From positions 2,269 through 66,268 of the forward strand of contig CAKPER010000003.1 of NCBI GenBank assembly GCA_934149245.1: DNA of 64,000 nucleotides, given 5' to 3'. The position numbers and the translations under genes are program-made. Source of the stretch: an uncultured Bacilli bacterium. GTDB taxonomy: Bacteria > Bacillota_I > Bacilli_A > RF39 > UBA660. Every line of letters begins with the position of its first letter. The first letter of the stretch is position 1. The notes under the pieces were generated by a model. That model searched no databases. It worked only from the letters and a program-made list of their open reading frames with translations, and had not been told where the DNA came from. Positions 45,293-56,265 of this stretch are shown here, piece by piece.

Positions 45293-46625
45293 AGCAATAA
45301 TTGAATTAGTCATAACGACAATAGGAGTGTATTTGTTTGGTAGAATAGCCTTAAATAAGAAAATAGAGGTTTCTAAGTCAAAATTTCTAGTCTTCTTTAT
45401 AATAACTGTTGTTTGTAACACGATAATATATCTAAATTTAACTGGTACATTGAAAACAATACTAATGGAAATAATAAATATAATATTTTTTGTTAAAGTT
45501 TTTAAGATTTCAATGTCAAAGTCAATATTTTTAACGTTAATACATTTATTATTTCTGGTTCTTGCTGAGTTATTACAATTCTTTGTAATTACAAAAATAT
45601 TAATAATAGATGTGGAATTTTGCTATAGAGAAATTATGGGAAGTATTTATTCTAGTTTTATAAGTTGTGTACTATTAATTACTATTACAATTTTTATCAG
45701 AAAATTGCTAAGATTTATATTAAATACAAAGATATCTTCGAATTTAAAAATAATAATATATTCTATAATGACACTCTTATGTACAATAGGACTTTTCTAT
45801 AAAATGATAAGTGAATTTAAAATAAGTAATGATATTATGAGTTATTTGGTTTCATTAATGATGTTGATAGTGGTTTTAATTGGACTAATTAGACAAGCAA
45901 TAGACAATGTTATTTTAAGCGAAAAATATGAAAATGTATTAGATTATATGTCTGGATATGAACATGAAGTAGAAAATCAAAGAATAGTAAGACATGAAGC
46001 TAAAAATGAATTAATAATAATAAAAAGTAAAATATGTGATGGAGAAAGTTCCAAAGAACTGATGGATTATATAGATGAAATTTTAGATGAAAAAGTAGAG
46101 TTTAAAGAAGAAAAGTATGCTAAGTTTGGGTATTTACCTCCAAATGGTATAAAAGGCTTATTATATTTTAAAGCACAACAGGGTCAAAATGAAGGGTTAA
46201 ATATTTCGTTAAATGTATCTAGTAGAGTTGAAAATTCAAATATTTATAATCTTAATTCTAAAGAGGAAAAGTGTCTAGGAAAAATTTTAGGAGTATTCTT
46301 AGATAATGCTGTTGAAGCATCATTAAAATCTAAGGCTAAAGAGTTTGGAATAGAAGTATATTTAAATTCTGATAGTGAATGTGAAATAATAATAGGTAAT
46401 TCTTTTGATGAAGATATTGATGTAACTAAAATTGGTAAAGAAAGATTTTCTACTAAAGGTAAAACAAGAGGACATGGACTTTTACTAGTAAATTTATTGC
46501 TAGAGATGAATAAAAAGGCCTTTAATGTAAAAACAGATATTGGACAAGGAATATATGTTCAAACTATTACAATCAAAAAAAGACCAATAAATAGGATTAA
46601 AAAGAAAAAACATAGTAATAAATAA
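45276..46625 (+). CDS. AgrC-like (HPK10) sensor histidine kinase
   Basis: About 6 N-terminal TM helices, the H-box RIVRHEAKNEL, and a GHKL ATPase domain (LDNAVEAS, TKGKTRGHGLLL). It overlaps the regulator gene by 17 nt. Confidence 0.8.
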   Translation: MSQVIEAIIELVITTIGVYLFGRIALNKKIEVSKSKFLVFFIITVVCNTIIYLNLTGTLKTILMEIINIIFFVKVFKISMSKSIFLTLIHLLFLVLAELLQFFVITKILIIDVEFCYREIMGSIYSSFISCVLLITITIFIRKLLRFILNTKISSNLKIIIYSIMTLLCTIGLFYKMISEFKISNDIMSYLVSLMMLIVVLIGLIRQAIDNVILSEKYENVLDYMSGYEHEVENQRIVRHEAKNELIIIKSKICDGESSKELMDYIDEILDEKVEFKEEKYAKFGYLPPNGIKGLLYFKAQQGQNEGLNISLNVSSRVENSNIYNLNSKEEKCLGKILGVFLDNAVEASLKSKAKEFGIEVYLNSDSECEIIIGNSFDEDIDVTKIGKERFSTKGKTRGHGLLLVNLLLEMNKKAFNVKTDIGQGIYVQTITIKKRPINRIKKKKHSNK

Positions 46626-46663
46626 TATCTAGTAATTATTCGTGATGATTGAAGTAATATATA

Positions 46664-46696
46664 AAAAGAACATCTAAAAATTAAGATGTTCTTTTC
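46664..46696 (+). terminator. rho-independent terminator of the regulator-kinase operon
   Basis: Stem GAACATCT / AGATGTTC extended by A:T pairs, 8-nt loop, TTTT. Confidence 0.65.
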
Positions 46697-46776
46697 GATA
46701 TTTATTAACTTGATTTATTAACTTGAATCTAGTTTTAGTTTGAATATTTTAAAAAACAAAGTTTCTATTTTATGTA

Positions 46777-46808
46777 GAAAATCCCATTTCGATTATCGAA
46801 ATAGGATT
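46777..46808 (-). terminator. rho-independent terminator of agrBD (minus strand)
   Basis: On the minus strand: AATCCTATTTCGA-TAA-TCGAAATGGGATT (one mismatch) followed by TTTT. Confidence 0.55.
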
Positions 46809-46841
46809 AAGTGTTGATTTTGAAAGTAAAATAATTTAGAT

Positions 46842-46964
46842 TTATTTTTCAATTAAAGATTTTGGAGCGGTTGGTTCGTCAAATACTATTATAGGACAAC
46901 TAACAGTTCCCATATCAGCAGTCATGCCTCCTATTTTAGCTAATAGATTAGCAATAAAATTCAT
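46842..46964 (-). CDS. agrD: AgrD-type autoinducing peptide precursor (40 aa, not in the ORF track)
   Basis: GGAGGA lies 6-7 nt upstream of the ATG. Product: MNFIANLLAKIGGMTADMGTVSCPIIVFDEPTAPKSLIEK. It has an amphipathic leader, a single Cys, and an acidic DEP....PKSL tail like known AgrD C-termini. It lies 41 nt downstream of agrB. Confidence 0.7.
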   Translation of the reverse strand: MNFIANLLAKIGGMTADMGTVSCPIIVFDEPTAPKSLIEK

Positions 46965-47005
46965 AATAATTCCTCCTTCTAAATTTTTATTTATGTTTAA
47001 ATTTA

Positions 47006-47611
47006 TTAAACACCATACTTATAAGTTTTGTAGTTGTTATAAGGTAACCCAAATATTTTATACGTAACAGGTAAAATACTGATTACAACTTCTAACATAC
47101 CAATTAATAAATAATTAACTATAGAATAATTATGACATATTATAATTATAATAGTATAAATTATTCCTAGAATAGAACTAATTGATTTAAATCTCATTCT
47201 TTTTCTTTTATTAATGAGTGGTCTTTTATAAGTATCAGCAGGGGCGTATAATATAATACAAACGTTACATATTAATGAACATGTAATCAAGAATTCAGCA
47301 GGAAAGATAACATATTTACATATTAATGCTCCTCCTAAGAATAAGATAGATGATGATATTAAACAATATATACTCTTAGTAGCATGTATCCCAAAAGCTT
47401 GTGATCTGATTATGTTATACATAAGTAATAATATCAGTGTTTCTTTCAAGATTCCTAACAAATATGCAAGTGCAAATATTACAATTAACTTACTAAAAGT
47501 TAAGTAAATTCCTTCGAGTCCGTAAGCAATCATTTCCAAATCATCTTGGCTATATTTCTTATCAGAATTTTTAATAAGATTCATTGAAGTCTCCAAGAAT
47601 TTTTTTTTCAT
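47006..47611 (-). CDS. agrB: AgrB-type membrane peptidase / AIP maturation protein
   Basis: 201 aa, polytopic. IRSQAFGIHATKSIYC matches the AgrB R..A.G.HA....C catalytic His/Cys context. YAPADTYKRPL matches YAPA.T...P. Confidence 0.85.
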   Translation of the reverse strand: MKKKFLETSMNLIKNSDKKYSQDDLEMIAYGLEGIYLTFSKLIVIFALAYLLGILKETLILLLMYNIIRSQAFGIHATKSIYCLISSSILFLGGALICKYVIFPAEFLITCSLICNVCIILYAPADTYKRPLINKRKRMRFKSISSILGIIYTIIIIICHNYSIVNYLLIGMLEVVISILPVTYKIFGLPYNNYKTYKYGV

Positions 47612-47830
47612 TCTATCACCAACTTGCCATAATTATACTCTTGGTTTTGCTATTTGTATTAAAAGTATGTATATAAAGAGTAGTACATAACTTATTAAGT
47701 AAAAAATAACTTTTAAATTAACTGTTTTTTTCATTTACAATACATATTTTAATTTTAATTTAAATTATAATATTTTCTTGTTTCTAAAAAAAAATTATGA
47801 TATAATACACTTATGATAGGAGGAGAATAA

Positions 47831-48115
47831 ATGGGGAATACAAGAAGAATAACTTTAATCGATGGCTATCGTGAAGTTGGGGAAGTAGATTTAATATGTG
47901 CTTTTACAATACCAGATTATTCAGAAAAATATATTATTTATACAAAAAATGAAAAAGATAGAGATGGAAATACTATAATATACTCTGGAAAAATAATATC
48001 AATTGGTCAAAAACAATTTATTGAAAATATTAAAGAAGGATCAGAATGGGAAAAATTAAAAGAAATAATGAAAACCATTGCTAAATACAGTTTAGAAGGT
48101 GAAAATAATGTATAA
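47831..48115 (+). CDS. DUF1292 family protein
   Basis: 94 aa. ITLIDGYREVGEVDLICAFTIPDYSEKYIIYTKNE...SEWEKLKEIM follows the YrzB/DUF1292 pattern. Confidence 0.55.
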   Translation: MGNTRRITLIDGYREVGEVDLICAFTIPDYSEKYIIYTKNEKDRDGNTIIYSGKIISIGQKQFIENIKEGSEWEKLKEIMKTIAKYSLEGENNV

Positions 48116-48872
48116 CAGTCAAAATAGAATTAGAAATATTGAACTCCCTGAAAATTTGTTTTCTAATTTAGGAGAAAGTAAAAAAAGCAAAAAGATAATA
48201 TCAGAAGAAAATGATATTATTAAGAAATATACTGAAAAATATAAAGAAAATGATTTGAAATTAACTAACTATTCTAATCGTAAAGAATACCGAAATAGAA
48301 TTAATAATATGTATAATAATATCAAAGATATGACGCCAATTGATAATGAAATTAATGATACTCTTTATTTTAATAATTATATTGAAAAAGGCATTGTTGT
48401 AAAACCAAAAGTTTCTTCTCTAAAACAGTTTTGGACAGAATATAGATTAATAAAAAATGAAAAAAAATTACCAAAATATCATTTAGAAACTGAACATTTA
48501 AATGTATTTGATGATAAGGAAAAAGATAATGAAGAAATACATTTAGAAAAAACAAGAGAAAATAATGAAAAAGATATTAGTAAGAAATTAGATAATTTTG
48601 ATAAACTTTTTGAAGCATTATCTACTAGAGTTGAAGAAATTAACGAATATATTGATGAATTAAAAGAAATGCGTATAAACATTGATGCATCAAATACAAA
48701 ATTACAAGAAGATCAAGAAAAACTACAAAAAGAAAGAAAAAGCTTTATAGATTATAAAAATGAAGAAGAAGAAAAACTACAAAAAGAAAAAGAAAGTCTA
48801 AAAACAAATTACGATAGATTACAAACAATAATAGATGATTTAGATAAAAAATTAAACGAATTAGATAATTAA
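48099..48872 (+). CDS. hypothetical coiled-coil protein
   Basis: 257 aa. The C-terminal half is rich in Lys/Glu/Asn heptad-like sequence. It overlaps the DUF1292 gene by 17 nt. Confidence 0.45.
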   Translation: MKIMYNSQNRIRNIELPENLFSNLGESKKSKKIISEENDIIKKYTEKYKENDLKLTNYSNRKEYRNRINNMYNNIKDMTPIDNEINDTLYFNNYIEKGIVVKPKVSSLKQFWTEYRLIKNEKKLPKYHLETEHLNVFDDKEKDNEEIHLEKTRENNEKDISKKLDNFDKLFEALSTRVEEINEYIDELKEMRINIDASNTKLQEDQEKLQKERKSFIDYKNEEEEKLQKEKESLKTNYDRLQTIIDDLDKKLNELDN

Positions 48873-48900
48873 AGCTAAAGTTTTTTCTTTAGCTTATTTT
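48872..48900 (+). terminator. rho-independent terminator
   Basis: 9-bp stem AAGCTAAAG / CTTTAGCTT, T6 loop, then ATTTT. Confidence 0.6.
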
Positions 48901-48918
48901 AAAAATATGGAGGCAAAA

Positions 48919-51249
48919 ATGGGAAAAGAATTAGAAAAAATAGATGCTTATTGGAGAGCTGCTAATTATTTATCAGCTTGTCAACTATATCTTTTAGATA
49001 ACCCCTTACTAAAAAGAAGTTTATCTCTAAAGGATATTAAACATAAGATAGTAGGTCATTGGGGAACAACTCCTGGTCAAAATTTTATATATGTTCATTT
49101 AAATAGGGTAATCAAAAAGTATGATTTAAATATGATTTATATTTCTGGACCAGGACATGGTGGTCAAGCTGCTGTATCTAATGCTTACTTAGAGGGAACA
49201 TATAGTGAAATTTATCCAAATATTACTCAAGATGAAATTGGTTTAAAAAAATTATTTAAGCAATTTTCATTTCCTGGTGGTATTTCCTCTCACGTTGCTC
49301 CAGAAACTCCAGGTTCAATAAATGAAGGAGGAGAATTAGGATATAGTATGGCTCATGCTTATGGTGCAGTGTTAGATAATCCAAGTTTAATAGCGGCTTG
49401 TGTTATAGGAGATGGTGAACTAGAAACTGGACCATTACAAGCATCTCTTCAAATAAATAAGATTATAAATCCAAAAACTGATGGAGTAGTACTTCCTATA
49501 TTGCATTTAAATGGTTATAAAATAGCAAATCCAACAATATTTTCAAGAATAACAGATATGGAATTAGATGACTATTTTAGAGGTTGTGGATATTTACCAT
49601 TTTATGTGGAAGGTAGCGATCCTGAATATATGCACAAAAAGATGTCTGAGGTATTAGATGAAGTAATTGAAAAAATACAAGATATTAAATATAAAAAATC
49701 AAATAAAAGACCACGTTGGCCAATGATAATACTTCGTTCTCCAAAAGGATGGACTGGTCCTAAAGAAGTAGATGGAAAACAAATAGAAGGAACATTTCGT
49801 TCACACCAAGTACCTATAGATAACATAAATAGCCGTGAAAAATTAGAATTATTAGAAAATTGGTTGAAAAGCTATCATCCAGAAGAATTATTTGATAAAA
49901 ATGGAAAATTAATAGATGAACTTCAAGAACTAGCACCAATAGGAAATAAACGTATGAGTGCTAATCCTAATACAAATGGTGGTAAATTATTGAAAGAATT
50001 AAATTTACCTGATTTTAGAAATTATAAAATTGTAGCAAATCATGGCGAAACTACTGCTCAAGATATGATGGAGTTAGGTTCATATATAAGGGACATAATA
50101 AAATTAAATAAAGATAAGCATAACTTTCGTATTTTTGCTCCAGACGAGACACTATCTAATCGCCTAAATTATGTATTTGAAACGACAAATAGAAAGTGGA
50201 ATGCTAAAAAAATAGAAAATGATGAATATTTAAGTGCTGATGGAGTGGTAATAGATTCTATTCTTTCAGAGCATGTTTGTCAGGGATTACTTGAAGGATA
50301 TTTATTAACAGGAAGACATGGATTTTTTACAAGTTACGAGGCTTTTATAAGAATAGTTGATTCTATGGCTAGTCAGCACGCTAAATGGTTGAAGGTTTCA
50401 AAACAATTACCTTGGCGTAGACCAATATCATCATTAAATTATATTTTAACTTCTCACGTATGGCAGCAAGATCATAACGGTTACACTCATCAAGATCCAG
50501 GTTTTTTAAATCATTTAGTAACCAAAAAAGCTGACATAGTAAGAATTTATTTGCCACCAGACACTAATTGTTTACTTTCTTGTTTTAATCACTGTATAAA
50601 AAGTAAAGATTATATAAATGTTATGATAGCTTCAAAACATCCAAGACCTCAATGGTTAAACATGGAAGAAGCTGTAATTCATTGTACTCAAGGAATTGGA
50701 ATATGGAATTGGGCAAGTAACGATCAAATGAGTGAGCCAGATATAGTAATGGCTTGTTGTGGTGATACTCCAACTCTAGAAATATTAGCAGCAACTTCTA
50801 TTTTAAGAAAATATTTTAAAGAAATAAAAATAAGAGTAGTAAATGTTGTAGATTTAATGCGTCTACAATCAGAATATGAGCATCCACATGGACTTAGTGA
50901 TGAAGATTATGATTCTATCTTTACAAAGAATAAACCAATTATCTTTGCTTTCCATGGATATCCAAATTTAATTCATCAGCTAACATATAAAAGACATAAT
51001 CAGGATTTACATGTTCATGGATATAAAGAAGAAGGTACAATAACAACTCCATTTGATATGAGAGTACAAAATGGAATAGATAGATATCATTTAGTATTAT
51101 CAGCATTAAAGAGATTACCTAATTTAGGAAATAAAAGCGCTGTTTTAAGTCAAATGTGCCATGATAAGTTAGTGGAACATAGACAATATATAGATGAATA
51201 TGGTAAAGATTTACCAGAAGTAGCAGAATGGAAATGGGAAGATAATTAA
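48919..51249 (+). CDS. xfp: xylulose-5-phosphate/fructose-6-phosphate phosphoketolase
   Basis: ATG 5 nt after [64 protein letters not shown]. Confidence 0.93.
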   Translation: MGKELEKIDAYWRAANYLSACQLYLLDNPLLKRSLSLKDIKHKIVGHWGTTPGQNFIYVHLNRVIKKYDLNMIYISGPGHGGQAAVSNAYLEGTYSEIYPNITQDEIGLKKLFKQFSFPGGISSHVAPETPGSINEGGELGYSMAHAYGAVLDNPSLIAACVIGDGELETGPLQASLQINKIINPKTDGVVLPILHLNGYKIANPTIFSRITDMELDDYFRGCGYLPFYVEGSDPEYMHKKMSEVLDEVIEKIQDIKYKKSNKRPRWPMIILRSPKGWTGPKEVDGKQIEGTFRSHQVPIDNINSREKLELLENWLKSYHPEELFDKNGKLIDELQELAPIGNKRMSANPNTNGGKLLKELNLPDFRNYKIVANHGETTAQDMMELGSYIRDIIKLNKDKHNFRIFAPDETLSNRLNYVFETTNRKWNAKKIENDEYLSADGVVIDSILSEHVCQGLLEGYLLTGRHGFFTSYEAFIRIVDSMASQHAKWLKVSKQLPWRRPISSLNYILTSHVWQQDHNGYTHQDPGFLNHLVTKKADIVRIYLPPDTNCLLSCFNHCIKSKDYINVMIASKHPRPQWLNMEEAVIHCTQGIGIWNWASNDQMSEPDIVMACCGDTPTLEILAATSILRKYFKEIKIRVVNVVDLMRLQSEYEHPHGLSDEDYDSIFTKNKPIIFAFHGYPNLIHQLTYKRHNQDLHVHGYKEEGTITTPFDMRVQNGIDRYHLVLSALKRLPNLGNKSAVLSQMCHDKLVEHRQYIDEYGKDLPEVAEWKWEDN

Positions 51250-51273
51250 AGTTAACCCATATATTAATTTAGT

Positions 51274-51606
51274 ATGAATTTAGTTTATAACCAGGAAAAA
51301 ATACCCGTTACAATAACAAAAAATAAAAATATAATGCGCTATAAATTTCCTAAACTCTACTATGCTATAATTATAGAAGATTGTAATAGGTATAGTTCAA
51401 TTGCCTCTAAACAACGAGTAGATATAGTAATGACTGATAATGACTTAAAAATATTATCCTACAAAAAAGAAATGCATGAAAATACTGTATATGAGAATAA
51501 AATAGCTACTAAAACAGTTCTCTTGCCATTAAACTCATTTCCCAATCTTCAGCTAGAACAAAAGTTTGAATTAGAAAATACTAAAACAAATATTAAAAAA
51601 TTCTGA
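51274..51606 (+). CDS. hypothetical protein
   Basis: 110-aa ORF with no recognised motif. Only its codon composition supports it. Confidence 0.35.
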   Translation: MNLVYNQEKIPVTITKNKNIMRYKFPKLYYAIIIEDCNRYSSIASKQRVDIVMTDNDLKILSYKKEMHENTVYENKIATKTVLLPLNSFPNLQLEQKFELENTKTNIKKF

Positions 51607-51639
51607 ATGTTACATACAAAAAATAAGGGAGTGAGAATT

Positions 51640-52260
51640 ATGAGTAAAAAAAAGTGTTTATTATCAATACTAGTGATGTTATTAATTGTAGTAATTTCTT
51701 TAATAACATATAAAGTACAAAATAATCAATCTTTAATAATTGATAATATAGCTTATAACATACTAGTAGAAAATTTAAGAAATCCTACTCTAACAATTTT
51801 TATGAAATTAGTTACTTCTCTGATTAATGCCTCAGTAGTAATTTTTATTTCAATTATATTGTTAATAGTTATAAAACCAAAAAAAATAGCTGTAACTGTA
51901 CCAATAAATTTAAGTATTATCACAATTTTAAATCAATTACTGAAACTTATCTTTAAACGTCCAAGACCATCTGGATATAGATTATTAGAAATAGGAGGAT
52001 ATAGTTTTCCAAGTGGACATGCAATGGTCAGTATGGCTTTTTATGGCTTTTTAGCATATTTATCTTATTGCTATATAGAAAATAAGTATCTAAAATATTT
52101 ATTTATGATATTAAATATTTTTATAATAATATCAATAGGAATAAGCAGAATATATTTAGGTGTTCACTATTGTAGTGATATAGTTGTAGGTTATAGCGTA
52201 TCACTAATATATTTAATACTATATGTAAAAATATTAAAAAAAGTAAATGTTTTAAATTAA
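51640..52260 (+). CDS. PAP2-family phosphatase (undecaprenyl-diphosphate / lipid phosphatase type)
   Basis: ATG after AGGGAG. The three PAP2 motifs are present: KLIFKRPRP, SFPSGHA, SRIYLGVHYCSD. Confidence 0.85.
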   Translation: MSKKKCLLSILVMLLIVVISLITYKVQNNQSLIIDNIAYNILVENLRNPTLTIFMKLVTSLINASVVIFISIILLIVIKPKKIAVTVPINLSIITILNQLLKLIFKRPRPSGYRLLEIGGYSFPSGHAMVSMAFYGFLAYLSYCYIENKYLKYLFMILNIFIIISIGISRIYLGVHYCSDIVVGYSVSLIYLILYVKILKKVNVLN

Positions 52261-52339
52261 AATCCCAAAATAAACCATAATTGTTTTATAATTATTTGAA
52301 ATTTAAATCATAAAATGAAGAAGAAAAGGAGAAGTAGAG

Positions 52340-53701
52340 ATGAAAAAAAACGGAAATGATAACTTAGACGAAGAAAAAAAACAACTAGAAAAGCGATTGA
52401 AAGAAATAAAAGAAGAAGAAAAGAAAAATAAGAAAAAAATAAGGGGTAGAGTACTAAGAAAAACTAAGCTAAGTAGTAATACTAAAAACAATGATGAAGC
52501 TAAAACTATAGAGTATATTGAACCTAGTGTGGAAAATAATGACTTTAGTAGCTATACAAATGCTAATTATAATACTTCACGTTCAAAAATAAAAGATAAT
52601 AATAGTAACATGAATATGAGTGTTTTAATTATAATAGTAATAATTGTTTCTGTTATTAGTGGATTAATAGGAGCATTAATAGTAACAAAATTAAATGGAG
52701 GAACAACTACAACTGGTGGAGTTACAACAAGTAGTGTCAAGTTAACTGAAACAAATTCAATAGCAGATTCTGTTGAAAAAGTTTATGACTCAGTAGTTGT
52801 AGTAGAAGGTTACTCAAAAAAACAATTGTCATCAACTGGAACAGGATTTGTCTACAAGAAAGCAAATGGGAAAGCTTATATAATGACTAATAGCCATGTA
52901 GTATCAGATTGTGAAACAGTAAAAGTATTATTTACAAATGGTGATGAGCTAGAAACAACTATAGTAGGTAATGATACTTACTCAGATATAGCTGTTCTAA
53001 GTGTAAAGGATTCTGATAAAATTAAATCAGCTACAATGGGGGCAAGTAAAAAATCTAAAGTAGGTGACACTATATTTGCAGTTGGTTCACCTGAAGGAGC
53101 TGATTATGCAGGAACAGTCACCAAAGGAGTATTATCAGGAAAAGATAGATTAGTAGCTGTAGCATTATCAAATAGTACTAGTTCTGATTATTATATGAAT
53201 GTTTTACAGACAGATACAGCAATTAACCCTGGTAATAGTGGTGGCCCATTATGTAACATTAACGGAGAAGTAATTGGTATTACAAATATGAAATTAGTAG
53301 AAGATTCAGTAGAAGGAATGGGATTTGCAATTCCTATTGAAGATGCGTTAACTTATGCTAATACATTAGAAAAAAATGGAAAAATCGAAAGACCATATGT
53401 AGGAATAAGTATGCTAGATATAACTAATGATTATTATTTATGGCAAGCTGGCATAACATTACCTGAAAATGTAACAGCAGGAGTAGCGGTATACAGTGTA
53501 GAAAAAGATTCACCAGCAGAAAAAGCGGGCTTAAAAAAAGGTGATATTATAACGAAAATAGAAGATAAAAAAACAGATAATTTAGCAGAATTTAGATATC
53601 AACTATATAAACATTCTCCTAATGATAAAATAAAAATAACTTATATTAGAGATGGTAAAGAAGAATCAACTACCATAACATTAGGTGAAAATAAGAATTA
53701 A
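52340..53701 (+). CDS. htrA: HtrA/DegP-family serine protease with a PDZ domain
   Basis: Lys/Glu-rich N-terminus and a TM helix. The triad contexts are TNSHVV, DIAVLSV, NPGNSGGPL. PDZ domain: GLKKGDIITKIED. Confidence 0.9.
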   Translation: MKKNGNDNLDEEKKQLEKRLKEIKEEEKKNKKKIRGRVLRKTKLSSNTKNNDEAKTIEYIEPSVENNDFSSYTNANYNTSRSKIKDNNSNMNMSVLIIIVIIVSVISGLIGALIVTKLNGGTTTTGGVTTSSVKLTETNSIADSVEKVYDSVVVVEGYSKKQLSSTGTGFVYKKANGKAYIMTNSHVVSDCETVKVLFTNGDELETTIVGNDTYSDIAVLSVKDSDKIKSATMGASKKSKVGDTIFAVGSPEGADYAGTVTKGVLSGKDRLVAVALSNSTSSDYYMNVLQTDTAINPGNSGGPLCNINGEVIGITNMKLVEDSVEGMGFAIPIEDALTYANTLEKNGKIERPYVGISMLDITNDYYLWQAGITLPENVTAGVAVYSVEKDSPAEKAGLKKGDIITKIEDKKTDNLAEFRYQLYKHSPNDKIKITYIRDGKEESTTITLGENKN

Positions 53702-53754
53702 GAAAAATAAATTGATTCTAATATTTCAAGAATTTTAATATTATGTAAAAAAAG

Positions 53755-53875
53755 ATTTTCAACAATTGTTGGAGATTTTTTTTGACCTCTGTAATTTTGT
53801 ATTTATTTTTACTAAGTTTACTAAATAAAAATAAATAATATCTTCTATTTAAAAATAAATATTTTCAACAATTGT
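53755..53875 (+). repeat. exact 15-bp direct repeat ATTTTCAACAATTGT (2 copies, 106 bp apart) between htrA and arcA
   Basis: Copies lie at 53755-53769 and 53861-53875. The first is part of a CAACAATTGTTG palindrome/hairpin followed by T8, which is probably the htrA terminator. The second lies about 155 nt upstream of arcA. Confidence 0.8.
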
Positions 53876-54031
53876 AAGAGAAATATACTAGTTTAGAATA
53901 ATATATTCTTTTTAGTTAAAAATAATAAATGGAAAAATGGAAAAAAGGTTTACTTTAATTTTTAATTTGTTATAATTATGATAGATAGATAGAGAAGTTC
54001 TATTATCAAAAAGAGTAAAAGGAGAGATAAA

Positions 54032-55279
54032 GTGAGTAATATTTATGTAAAAAGTGAAATAGGAAAGTTAAAGAAAGTTTTACTTCATAGACCAGGTAAA
54101 GAGTTGTTAAACTTGACACCTGATACTTTAAGTGAATTATTATTTGATGATATTCCTTATTTACAAGATGCTCAAAAAGAACATGATGCTTTTGCAAAAG
54201 CATTGATAGATAACGGAATTGAGGTTGTCTATTTAGAAGATTTAGTTAGTGAGGTTATAGGAAGTAGTGAAAAAATTCGTGATAAATTTATAAAACAATT
54301 TATAAAAGAAGCTGGAATAACTACTATTAAGTATAGTACCCTAACATATAATTTTTTAAATGGTATAAAAAGTCCTAAAAAATTAGTTCTAAAAACAATG
54401 GAAGGAATTCAAATTAAAGATATTCCTAAAAAGAAAAGGGATATTGAAAAAACATTAGTTGATTTAGTAGAGAAACCCGAAAAATTCATAGCACCACCTA
54501 TGCCAAATTTATATTTTACTAGAGATAATTTTGCTAGTGTTGGTACAGGAGTAAATCTAAATCATATGTATTCTAAAACAAGAAATAGAGAATGTATTTA
54601 TGCAGAATATGTGTTTAAATATCATAAAGATTTTAAAGATACACCACTATATTACAACAGAGAATATGATTGGCATACCGAAGGTGGAGATGTTCTAAAT
54701 ATTAATAACAAAATCATTGCTGTTGGTATTTCTCAAAGAACAGAACCAGCTGCTATAGATCAAATGGCCAAAAATTTCTTTAAAGATCCTACTTGTGAAA
54801 TTGAAACAATATTGGCTTTTAATATCCCTGTTTCAAGGGCTTTCATGCATTTAGATACAGTGTTTACCCAAATAGATAAATATACATTTACATATCATCC
54901 AGGTATTTCTGATACTTTACAAGTCTATGAAATAACTGAAGGTTTTGATCCAACAACTTTTGAGGATTTAAACGTTAAAGAGGTAAAAGGTTCATTGTCA
55001 GATATTCTTGAGAAATATTTACACCACCCAGTAACACTAATACCATGTGCTGGTGGCGATAAAGTAGCTTCAGAACGTGAACAATGGAATGATGGTTCTA
55101 ATACATTATGTATAGCTCCAGGAACGGTTGTAGTTTATGATAGAAATAATGTAACAAATAATGAACTTCGTAAAGCTGGATTAAAAGTAATAGAAGTACA
55201 TGGTTCTGAGTTAGGTCGTGGTCGTGGCGGCCCTAGATGTATGTCTATGCCACTAGTAAGGGATGATGTTGAATGGTAG
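54032..55279 (+). CDS. arcA: arginine deiminase
   Basis: GTG start 5 nt after [37 protein letters not shown], and catalytic Cys in [10 protein letters not shown]. Confidence 0.93.
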   Translation: MSNIYVKSEIGKLKKVLLHRPGKELLNLTPDTLSELLFDDIPYLQDAQKEHDAFAKALIDNGIEVVYLEDLVSEVIGSSEKIRDKFIKQFIKEAGITTIKYSTLTYNFLNGIKSPKKLVLKTMEGIQIKDIPKKKRDIEKTLVDLVEKPEKFIAPPMPNLYFTRDNFASVGTGVNLNHMYSKTRNRECIYAEYVFKYHKDFKDTPLYYNREYDWHTEGGDVLNINNKIIAVGISQRTEPAAIDQMAKNFFKDPTCEIETILAFNIPVSRAFMHLDTVFTQIDKYTFTYHPGISDTLQVYEITEGFDPTTFEDLNVKEVKGSLSDILEKYLHHPVTLIPCAGGDKVASEREQWNDGSNTLCIAPGTVVVYDRNNVTNNELRKAGLKVIEVHGSELGRGRGGPRCMSMPLVRDDVEW

Positions 55280-56265
55280 ATTTAAGAGGAAGAGATTTTC
55301 TAAAATTATTAGATTATACTCCAGAAGAGATAAATTATCTTTTAAAAGTAGCTGAAAAATTAAAAAAGCAAAAAAGAACAGGTAATCAACACCGTCATCT
55401 AAAAGGAAAACAAATAGCAATGATTTTTGAAAAGGATTCCACTAGAACAAGATGTGCTTTTGAAGCTGGGGCTCATGATCTTGGAATGCAAGCAACTTAC
55501 TTAGGACCAACAGGCTCACAATTGGGAAAAAAGGAAACCATTGAAGATACTGCTAGAGTATTATCAAGTATGTATGATGGAATAGAATATAGAGGCTATG
55601 GTCAGGAAATTGTTGAAGCTTTAGCTAAATATAGTACTGTACCTGTATGGAATGGTCTGACAAATGAATTCCATCCAACTCAAATGTTAGCAGATGTTAT
55701 GACAATCAAAGAAGAATTTGGTGACCTAAAAGGAAGAAAATTAACATTTTTTGGGGATGCTAGAAACAATGTTGGTAATTCATTAATGGTAGTTTGCTCA
55801 AAACTTGGAATGAATTTTTGCTGTTGTGCTCCTAAAGAACTATGGCCAGATGAAAAATTAATATCAGAGTGTAAAGAAATATCTAAAGAAACATTAGCTA
55901 CTATCACTTTAACAGAGAATGTTGAAGAAGGAGCTAAGAATGCTGATGCAATATATACAGATGTATGGGTTTCTATGGGAGAGGCAATGGACTTATGGGA
56001 ACAAAGAATTAAATTATTACAACCATATCAAGTGAATATGAAAGTTATGAAACAGGCAAAACCCAAAGCCATATTCTTACATTGCTTACCATCTTTTCAT
56101 AATAATGAAACAACAATTGGTAAGCAAATAGAAGAAAAATTTGGGTTAAAAGAAATGGAAGTTACAGATGAAGTATTTGAATCAACTCAATCACGTGTAT
56201 TTGAAGAAGCAGAAAATAGATTGCATACAATAAAAGCTGTAATGTTGGAGACTTTGAAAAAATGA
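55273..56265 (+). CDS. arcB: catabolic ornithine carbamoyltransferase
   Basis: [28 protein letters not shown]. It overlaps the arcA stop. Confidence 0.93.
   Translation: MVDLRGRDFLKLLDYTPEEINYLLKVAEKLKKQKRTGNQHRHLKGKQIAMIFEKDSTRTRCAFEAGAHDLGMQATYLGPTGSQLGKKETIEDTARVLSSMYDGIEYRGYGQEIVEALAKYSTVPVWNGLTNEFHPTQMLADVMTIKEEFGDLKGRKLTFFGDARNNVGNSLMVVCSKLGMNFCCCAPKELWPDEKLISECKEISKETLATITLTENVEEGAKNADAIYTDVWVSMGEAMDLWEQRIKLLQPYQVNMKVMKQAKPKAIFLHCLPSFHNNETTIGKQIEEKFGLKEMEVTDEVFESTQSRVFEEAENRLHTIKAVMLETLKK

Noticed and set aside
47685-47724. Three AGTTA-core repeats upstream of agrB (ACAGTTAAT, AAAGTTATT, TAAGTTATG on the minus strand) as AgrA-type LytTR boxes.
   Set aside because: The first box matches the AgrA half-site well. 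However, the core-to-core spacings are 12 and 19 nt rather than the ~21-22 nt of known LytTR direct repeats. The boxes also lie ~50 nt or more from the best -10. They are worth testing but were not called.
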